DNA from: Chloroflexia bacterium
GTDB lineage: Bacteria > Chloroflexota > Chloroflexia > QHBQ01 > JADMIH01
NCBI GenBank assembly: GCA_034667185.1
Contig: JAXDKH010000365.1
Coordinates: forward strand, 1-33,834
Direction: 5' to 3'
DNA length: 33,834 bases
Each line of letters opens with the position of its first letter. Position 1 is the stretch's first letter. Under the pieces are notes generated by a model. That model saw only the letters and a list, made by a program, of their open reading frames with translations, was not told where the DNA came from and searched no databases. Made by a program: the position numbers and the translations under genes. Shown in pieces: positions 27,810 through 33,834 of this stretch.

Positions 27810-28799
27810 ATGCTTCCGGTAAAGATAGCGGGCCTTGGCTGGTACCTACCTGAGAGGCGGGTGCTGAACGCTGAGCTTGAGGAACGGTTGCACATTCCCG
27901 CCGGGTGGATAGAACGGGTGACGGGCGTGCGGGAGCGACGGTACGCCACCGGCGAGTCTGCTGTGAGCATGGGTGGGGCCGCGTCACGTATAGCGCTGGC
28001 CGAGGCGGGGTTGGACGTGGGCGACGTAGATGCCATAATCGGGGCATCCGCCGCGCCACAGCAGATGATACCCTGCACGGCGGCCCTTATGCAGCGCGAA
28101 CTTGAGGCTCCCGACGGCGGCAGCGCCTGCTTCGACATCAACGCCACGTGCCTGGGCTTCCTGTTCGCCTTGCAGACCGCTTCCCACCTGGTAGCATCGG
28201 GCGTGTATCGCAACGTGCTCATCTTCAGCAGCGAGATCGGCTCTCGGTCCCTCAACCCCAGGGAGCGTGAGAGCGCGGTGCTGTTCGGTGATGCTGCTGC
28301 CGCTGCGGTGCTCACCAGGAGCGCGCCAGGCGAGAGCAGCGCCATATGGCACTCGCAATTCGCCACCTACAGCAGCGGTGCCGACCTGACCGAGATCCAG
28401 GGCGGCGGCAACCTGCACCACCCTAACGACCCGGCCACCACCCCGGAGATGAACATGTTCCACATGCGAGGCCCGGCCATCTTCAAGCTCGGTCTGCGGG
28501 TGCTAGCCCCTTTTGTGGACAGGTTCTTCGCCGGGCTGGAACTGGACCGCCGCGAAATAGACGCCGTGGTGCCCCACCAGGCCAGCCGGCATGGCGTCGA
28601 ACTGCTCACCAAGCAACTCGGTTTTGAGGAGAGGCAAGTCGTCTGGAACCTGGGGGAGCGAGGCAACTGCATCTCGGCTTCAATCCCGCTGGCGCTGGCC
28701 GAGTCGGTGCACAGCGGCAGAATCACACGTGGTGACCGCCTGTTATTGATCGGCAGCGGCGCGGGCCTGACCCTGGGCGCGGTGGCGCTTACCTTCTGA
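27810..28799 (+). CDS. FabH-like 3-oxoacyl-ACP synthase III family condensing enzyme
   Basis: Cys-His-Asn triad: DINATCLGF, PHQAS, GNCISASIP. Also LFGD and GSGAG. Confidence 0.9.
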   Translation: MLPVKIAGLGWYLPERRVLNAELEERLHIPAGWIERVTGVRERRYATGESAVSMGGAASRIALAEAGLDVGDVDAIIGASAAPQQMIPCTAALMQRELEAPDGGSACFDINATCLGFLFALQTASHLVASGVYRNVLIFSSEIGSRSLNPRERESAVLFGDAAAAAVLTRSAPGESSAIWHSQFATYSSGADLTEIQGGGNLHHPNDPATTPEMNMFHMRGPAIFKLGLRVLAPFVDRFFAGLELDRREIDAVVPHQASRHGVELLTKQLGFEERQVVWNLGERGNCISASIPLALAESVHSGRITRGDRLLLIGSGAGLTLGAVALTF

Positions 28800-29605
28800 T
28801 GGGCAAGAGTGGTGGCACAAAGCGCAAGGTGGCCCTTGTGACCGGAGGCGGCAGTGGCATCGGCCGGAGCATAGCCCTTGCGCTTGGCAGGCGCGGCGTG
28901 AACGTGGCAATCGCGGGCCGCCGCCTCGACCTGTTGGAGCAGGTAGCGCGCGAGGTGTCCGCCAGGGGAGTGCGTGCTGTGCCCCTTCATGCCGACCTCA
29001 CGGAAGAAACGGGGCGCGCCGACCTGGTAAGCCGGGTGCTGGGCGAACTTGGGCGGCTCGATATCCTTGTGAACAACGCGGGCGTTATGCAACGAGGCAG
29101 CCTCCTCGCGAAATCACCTGGAGAGGTACGCGCGGTGGTGGCAACCAATCTGCTAGCGCCCATCGAGTTAACACGGCAGGCCCTACCGGAGCTAGCCCGG
29201 CGCAAAGGTGCGGTGGTGCTGGTAGCTAGCGCGGTTAGCGACGTACCGTTGCCGTACGCAAGCCTTTATTCGGCCACAAAGGCGGGCGTCTCTGCCTTTG
29301 GTGAAGCATTGCGCTACGAACTTGCACCGCTTGGCGTGCGACTCCTGCTCGTCTACCCGCCCGGCACCGACACCGACATGGTGCGGGGCATGGCGCGGGC
29401 TGCGGGAGTCAGTAACTTCCCATTAGCACAGTCGGAAGGGGTAGGCGAGCGTATCGTCACATCGCTGGTGAAGGGGAGGCAGGAGGTACGCATGGGTGCC
29501 GAAGCCCGTCTACTGCCGCTGCTGTACCGCATCTCGCCCCGGCTGGTTCGCGCACTCTACCGCAGCCAGCGTGCCCTGTTCGAGGGCATGATGGGCGACG
29601 GGTGA
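28799..29605 (+). CDS. Classical short-chain dehydrogenase/reductase
   Basis: TGGGSGIG, NNAG, YSATK. TGATG overlap. Confidence 0.9.
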   Translation: MGKSGGTKRKVALVTGGGSGIGRSIALALGRRGVNVAIAGRRLDLLEQVAREVSARGVRAVPLHADLTEETGRADLVSRVLGELGRLDILVNNAGVMQRGSLLAKSPGEVRAVVATNLLAPIELTRQALPELARRKGAVVLVASAVSDVPLPYASLYSATKAGVSAFGEALRYELAPLGVRLLLVYPPGTDTDMVRGMARAAGVSNFPLAQSEGVGERIVTSLVKGRQEVRMGAEARLLPLLYRISPRLVRALYRSQRALFEGMMGDG

Positions 29606-29630
29606 GGCTTATGTACCCTGCTCCCATTCT

Positions 29631-29769
29631 GTCATCCTGAGCGTAGCGAAGGATCAGGTGGCATGCTAGAGTCCTCAACGTTGTGGTTGATGGAGGCATG
29701 AGGAACATCGTCGCTTGGATGTCAAGAATCGAACACGGGTTACTGATCCTTCGCTACGCTCAGGATGAC
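29631..29769. repeat. Second copy of the ~140-bp MITE/REPIN-like element
   Basis: Perfect terminal inverted repeats GTCATCCTGAGCGTAGCGAAGGATCAG / CTGATCCTTCGCTACGCTCAGGATGAC. Interior is colinear with 2935-3074. Confidence 0.85.
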
Positions 29770-29853
29770 GGCGCAATGGGGCACAACGGGGCCAGCAATC
29801 ATGCTTAAGGTACACTGAATACGCCAGTCCACCGCCCGGTGTTTACATATACG

Positions 29854-30714
29854 ATGACCGAAGACCCTCTGCAACAATACCAGCAATTCCTCGCGACGCA
29901 CCCCTTCCGCCACATAACCTCCGGCGGTATGCGATGGTCTTACCTCGTCGCAGGGCGTGGCGACCGCGCCCTGGTGCTGCTGCCCGGTGCCCCCGAACGT
30001 GCCGAGGCTTCGTTCGAGTACATGCAAGCCTTCGAGCACGACTACATGGTCATTGCAGTCAGCTACCCCGCAGACCTTGCGACGGTGGAAGAATGCCTGC
30101 ACGGAGTTGTTAGCATACTCGATGCGGAAGGCTTCGAGCGCGCGCACATGGTCGGCGGCTCCTACAGCGGGCTGCTGGCCCAGAGTTTCGTCAGGCGCTA
30201 TCCAGACAAGGTAGACCGTTTAGTGCTGTCCGATACCGGCGTACCAAGGCCGGACCGGGCTCGCAAGTACAGGCAGTACGTGAGGCTGCTGCGGATATTG
30301 CCCATGCCCATAATCCGGCTGCTGTGGCGGGTGGGCGCGTTCCTCTACCTGCGCGAAATGGCCCCGCAAAACCGTCCCTTTTGGCACGCCTATTTCGCCC
30401 AGCTACGCAAGTCGATCACGCGCCGGGAGTGCATGAGCCGCCTTCGGGTTTGGATCGACTTCGATATGCGCAGCCGCTTTTTGCCGGGCGCCCTGGACGC
30501 CTGGCGGGGCGAAGTGCTGATCCTCGAAGCTGAGCACGACACCACTTTCCCTGACTGGGAGCGACAAGCACTGCGCAAACTCTATCCAGCCGCCCAGGTG
30601 CGAGTCTTCTCCGGAGGCGGGCACGCGGCCTCCCTCGACCGCCGGGACGAGTACATAGAGGCCATCCGCACCTTCCTCACTGCTCAACCCGCCCGCGTGG
30701 AAGCTGCCTCGTGA
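29854..30714 (+). CDS. Alpha/beta fold hydrolase
   Basis: LVLLPG, VGGSYSG nucleophile elbow, EHD, GGHA. Start is 29839 or 29854. Confidence 0.8.
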   Translation: MTEDPLQQYQQFLATHPFRHITSGGMRWSYLVAGRGDRALVLLPGAPERAEASFEYMQAFEHDYMVIAVSYPADLATVEECLHGVVSILDAEGFERAHMVGGSYSGLLAQSFVRRYPDKVDRLVLSDTGVPRPDRARKYRQYVRLLRILPMPIIRLLWRVGAFLYLREMAPQNRPFWHAYFAQLRKSITRRECMSRLRVWIDFDMRSRFLPGALDAWRGEVLILEAEHDTTFPDWERQALRKLYPAAQVRVFSGGGHAASLDRRDEYIEAIRTFLTAQPARVEAAS

Positions 30715-31889
30715 GCCGCCTGGATAAAGTGGCCTGGGGCCTCACGTCGGCTTTTGTGCTGGATCGCGCTCTCAAGCTTGCTGCAGTAGCCCATTTCTTC
30801 AGTTGTAAGCGCCCTCACCCGCCTTCCCCGTGGCCTACTGTGACGCTGCTTCAGCCCGTATCGCGGGGTGCCTCCGACCTTCGCGCGGCCCTCATGGCAC
30901 GGGCCGCACTAGACTACCCGGCGCACGTGCAGCACCTGTTCGTTTGCGATGAAACCGATCAGGTGTCGCATGTGGCCTGTCGCGAAATCATGCGCGAGTT
31001 CCCTGGTATGGACGCGCAGATAGTGGTTGTACCCCACGGTGACTCTCCTATGTCGTTCAAGACGGTCAAGCTGCAAGCGGGCATAGACCATGCAAGCGGT
31101 GATGTCGTATGCTGCGTGGACGATGATATAATCTTGCGGCCCGACGCGTTGCGGTTGTTGGTGCCCTACCTTTTTGAGCCGGGCGTGGGTGCGGTGTTCG
31201 GCCTCGCCTGCTACACTAGCTGGCGCAACCTCCCCACGAGCCTGATGAGCGCCTTCGTCAACTCCAACGCCCTACTCAGCTACGTGCCTCTCACTTACCT
31301 GGCCGACCCGTTCACGATTACAGGACATTGCTACGCCCTGCGCCGAGAAGTGCTCGAGTCGGCGAACGAGTTTCGCGGTATGGAGCACCATTTCGGCGAC
31401 GACCACGAGCTGGCGTGGCGGCTGCGGGCTAAGGGCTTGCGCTCCGTACAGACTCCCCTCGTCTACGACGTGGTCAACCACTTCGACACGCTAGGCCAGT
31501 ACATCGCGCAGATGAAACGCTGGTTCGTCTTCCCCCGACAGATGCTCTTGCCCGCCATGACGCAACGGGAGCGGGCCATCAGTTTGGTCGGCAGCGCGGG
31601 CAACCTGGTGCCGGGGCTGCTTCTCTTGCTGGTCATACTCGCCCGAAGGTTCGCCGCCATCCGGTCCATGGGGCTGAGCCTGGGTCTGTCTGCTGCTATT
31701 TATGTTCTCTGCGAAAGACTTTACCTCAAGCGGCGCACGCCGCTGAGGTGGTGGCCCCTCGTCTTGCTTACCACGCTGTTGGCGCCCTTCCAGGTGGTAT
31801 GGGCGCTCCTGTCGGATGACGTGATAGAATGGCGCGGGAGGCAGATACGCGTGCTCAAGGGCGGGTGGTACAAGGAGGTCGAGCATTGA
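30711..31889 (+). CDS. GT-A glycosyltransferase, ceramide-glucosyltransferase (GT21)/HpnI-like, copy 1
   Basis: VTLLQP, K, VDDD, GHCYALRR, GDD, QMKRW; N- and C-terminal TMs; IEWRG. Confidence 0.8.
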   Translation: MSRLDKVAWGLTSAFVLDRALKLAAVAHFFSCKRPHPPSPWPTVTLLQPVSRGASDLRAALMARAALDYPAHVQHLFVCDETDQVSHVACREIMREFPGMDAQIVVVPHGDSPMSFKTVKLQAGIDHASGDVVCCVDDDIILRPDALRLLVPYLFEPGVGAVFGLACYTSWRNLPTSLMSAFVNSNALLSYVPLTYLADPFTITGHCYALRREVLESANEFRGMEHHFGDDHELAWRLRAKGLRSVQTPLVYDVVNHFDTLGQYIAQMKRWFVFPRQMLLPAMTQRERAISLVGSAGNLVPGLLLLLVILARRFAAIRSMGLSLGLSAAIYVLCERLYLKRRTPLRWWPLVLLTTLLAPFQVVWALLSDDVIEWRGRQIRVLKGGWYKEVEH

Positions 31890-33076
31890 GAAAATTATTG
31901 GGGGCGGTGTGGTTGTTGATGCTGGTGGAGAAAGCCTGGCGGCACCTGCTGGTGGTGCGCTTCTTTCGACGTCCTGTCCCACAGGCTGCCCGCGAGCCGG
32001 AGCTTGTCAGCATCTTGCAGCCCATCCTGAGTGGCGACCCCACGATGCCTGTCTGCCTGGAGCGTAGCCTCCAACTGCGCTGCCGCTACCCCCTGGAATA
32101 CGTCTGGCTGGTGGACCTGGACGACCCCGCCGCCCAGCGCATTTGCATGGACCTGTGCGGCAAATACCCGGAGCGCGACGTGAACGTGGTGGTCATGCCC
32201 CCACCCTCAGAGCGACAGAACCCCAAGATGGTCAAGCTGGTGGAAGGTGCCAGGCTCGCCAACGGCGACGTGCTATGCGTGCTCGACGACGACACGCAAC
32301 TACCGGACGGTGGCCTCGAACAGTGCATACCTTACTTGGACCGGCCCGGCGTGGGCCTAGCCTTTGGGCTACCCTACTATCTCAACTTCACCAACCTGTG
32401 GTCGTCGCTCGTCTCCTACTTCGTGGACAGTCACAGCCTGCTCACCTACATCCCCTACACCAGGCTGAGCGACCCCTTCACCATCAACGGCATGTTCTAC
32501 GCCGTGCGCCGGGATGTCCTGGAAAGGGTAGGCGGCTTCAACGGCCTGGAGAGGCTGCTGGCCGACGATTTCGCGGTGGCCCAACGCTTCCGCCGCAACG
32601 GCTACCGGTTGGCCCAGACCCCCCTCCTGCACGGCATCAGCACGCACGTCACCGGCCCACGACACTACCTCAGCCTCATCCAGCGGTGGTTCATCTTCCC
32701 CCGCGAGTCGCTGATGCGGCACCTCCAGCCGCGGGAGCAGGCGGTGCTCTACGGGTTCGGGCTTGCACCTGCCCTGTTCCCCCTGTCGCTGCTAACATAC
32801 TTCCTGTCTCGACCCACGCGGCGCAAAGCCCTTTTCGCGCTGCTGTACTTCGGCTACAGTTATGCCGCGTTCGCTCATATCAACAAGACCTACCTGCGCG
32901 AGGCGGCCCCCTGGCGCAAATCGTGGCTCGTCCCCGTAATACAGGCCGTCTTTCCGCTGCAACTCCTGGCGGCCCTGCTTTCCCCGCAACGCATCACCTG
33001 GCGTGGTCACCTTATGCAGGTGGAGCGCGGGGGTGGGTTCCGCTTCGTGCGCAGGCGCAATCCTGGCGCGTCTTAG
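31886..33076 (+). CDS. GT-A glycosyltransferase, GT21/HpnI-like, copy 2
   Basis: VSILQPI, NPK, LDDD, NGMFYAVRR, ADD, IQRW, ITWRG. TTG start in a TTGA overlap with SD AAGGAGG. Confidence 0.8.
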   Translation: MRKLLGAVWLLMLVEKAWRHLLVVRFFRRPVPQAAREPELVSILQPILSGDPTMPVCLERSLQLRCRYPLEYVWLVDLDDPAAQRICMDLCGKYPERDVNVVVMPPPSERQNPKMVKLVEGARLANGDVLCVLDDDTQLPDGGLEQCIPYLDRPGVGLAFGLPYYLNFTNLWSSLVSYFVDSHSLLTYIPYTRLSDPFTINGMFYAVRRDVLERVGGFNGLERLLADDFAVAQRFRRNGYRLAQTPLLHGISTHVTGPRHYLSLIQRWFIFPRESLMRHLQPREQAVLYGFGLAPALFPLSLLTYFLSRPTRRKALFALLYFGYSYAAFAHINKTYLREAAPWRKSWLVPVIQAVFPLQLLAALLSPQRITWRGHLMQVERGGGFRFVRRRNPGAS

Positions 33077-33139
33077 CGGGCGTGGAGGCACTTGGGAAGC
33101 AGCGTTTGCACGAAGAAGGGAGCACTTAAATCTTCCCTC

Positions 33140-33168
33140 TTGTCATGTCGTGCCGATTAGACTACAAT
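33140..33168 (+). promoter_or_regulatory. Putative sigma70 promoter for the ABC lipoprotein gene
   Basis: TTGTCA-17 bp-TACAAT. Confidence 0.5.
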
Positions 33169-33464
33169 GTCATAGGCCGCTTCACGGTTGATGGCCTCTG
33201 GGCCCAAAGAACCTGCGTTCGCGAGCGTCTTCATGCTTAACATGATACTCCTGTCTCATGCGATTCTCCGGGGCGGCAAGTTTGATGCAGTAGCCAAATA
33301 GATATGCCCGCGCAGGAATACATAGCTCTTGCACGCGGGCAGACACTGACAGTGCCTGGGCAGGCACTTTGGAGAGGAGGTGGTTGGCGCACAAATCTGA
33401 TTCTCCATTCCGTTTGAGCGCATTTTTAGCGCACCTAACACTTACACAGGAGGAAAGATACGCA

Positions 33465-33834
33465 ATGTTGCAAAAACGCTTCGCCACCCTGGCGATACTT
33501 GTCATAATGTCGATGCTGCTGGCTTCCTGCGGTGGCGGTACAGCCACCCCGGTCCCGGCCACAGCCACGAACGCTCCGGCTGCTGCGGCTACTGACACCA
33601 CCGCACCCGAGGCCCAGGCTACCGATACAACCGCACCTGAAGCTGCTACGGCCACTACCCCCGCCAAAGCAGAAGAGACTGCCACGCAGGGCACCGCGGG
33701 CGGCGACAAGCCCTTCGCGGGCAAGACCGTCACCATCTTCGGTGTGGCCGCTGACGAGCAGGCCCGCCTCTTCCAGAACGAATTTACCGCCTTCCAGGAG
33801 CGCACCGGTATCAAGGTCGTCTACGAAGGTAACA
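33465..33834 (+). CDS. Carbohydrate ABC transporter substrate-binding lipoprotein (5' part, truncated by the window; not in the ORF track)
   Basis: SD AGGAGG; MLQKRF...LLASC lipobox; Ala/Thr/Pro linker; GKTVTIFG...FQERTGIKVVYEG. Confidence 0.85.
   Translation, partial: MLQKRFATLAILVIMSMLLASCGGGTATPVPATATNAPAAAATDTTAPEAQATDTTAPEAATATTPAKAEETATQGTAGGDKPFAGKTVTIFGVAADEQARLFQNEFTAFQERTGIKVVYEGN

Noticed and set aside
33182-33814. 210-aa minus-strand ORF
   Set aside because: Antisense to the real lipoprotein gene starting at 33465.

Overview
GC-rich bacterial chromosomal window, most likely Chloroflexota (inferred from Cys-containing SLH repeats, 'FPETG' repeat modules and REP-like palindromes). 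In order it holds: treS; a DUF2231-Rieske protein; a DUF1440-like protein; a rhodanese; a putative ComQX/ComP-like peptide-signalling locus; a small Zn-ribbon protein, a DHFR-like protein and an EEP-family protein; a tRNA-Ile2(CAT) carrying a ~2.3 kb integrase-less island with an XcyI/XmaI-like type II R-M pair; two secreted surface proteins; a nine-gene lipid/glycolipid cluster (3beta-HSD/OleD-like, MBL, F390-type adenylate-forming enzyme, GT1, FabH-like, SDR, alpha/beta hydrolase, two GT21-like); and the start of a sugar ABC lipoprotein gene. The main finding is the signalling locus at ~5.0-13.1 kb. It has two paralogous 71-aa peptides ending in YRVWI, a ComQ-like (Trp prenyltransferase-like) enzyme, and a ComP-like PDZ+multi-TM sensor fused to GAF and HD-GYP rather than a histidine kinase. 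This suggests prenylated-peptide quorum sensing coupled to cyclic-dinucleotide breakdown. All calls come from motif recognition by eye; no database searches were run.
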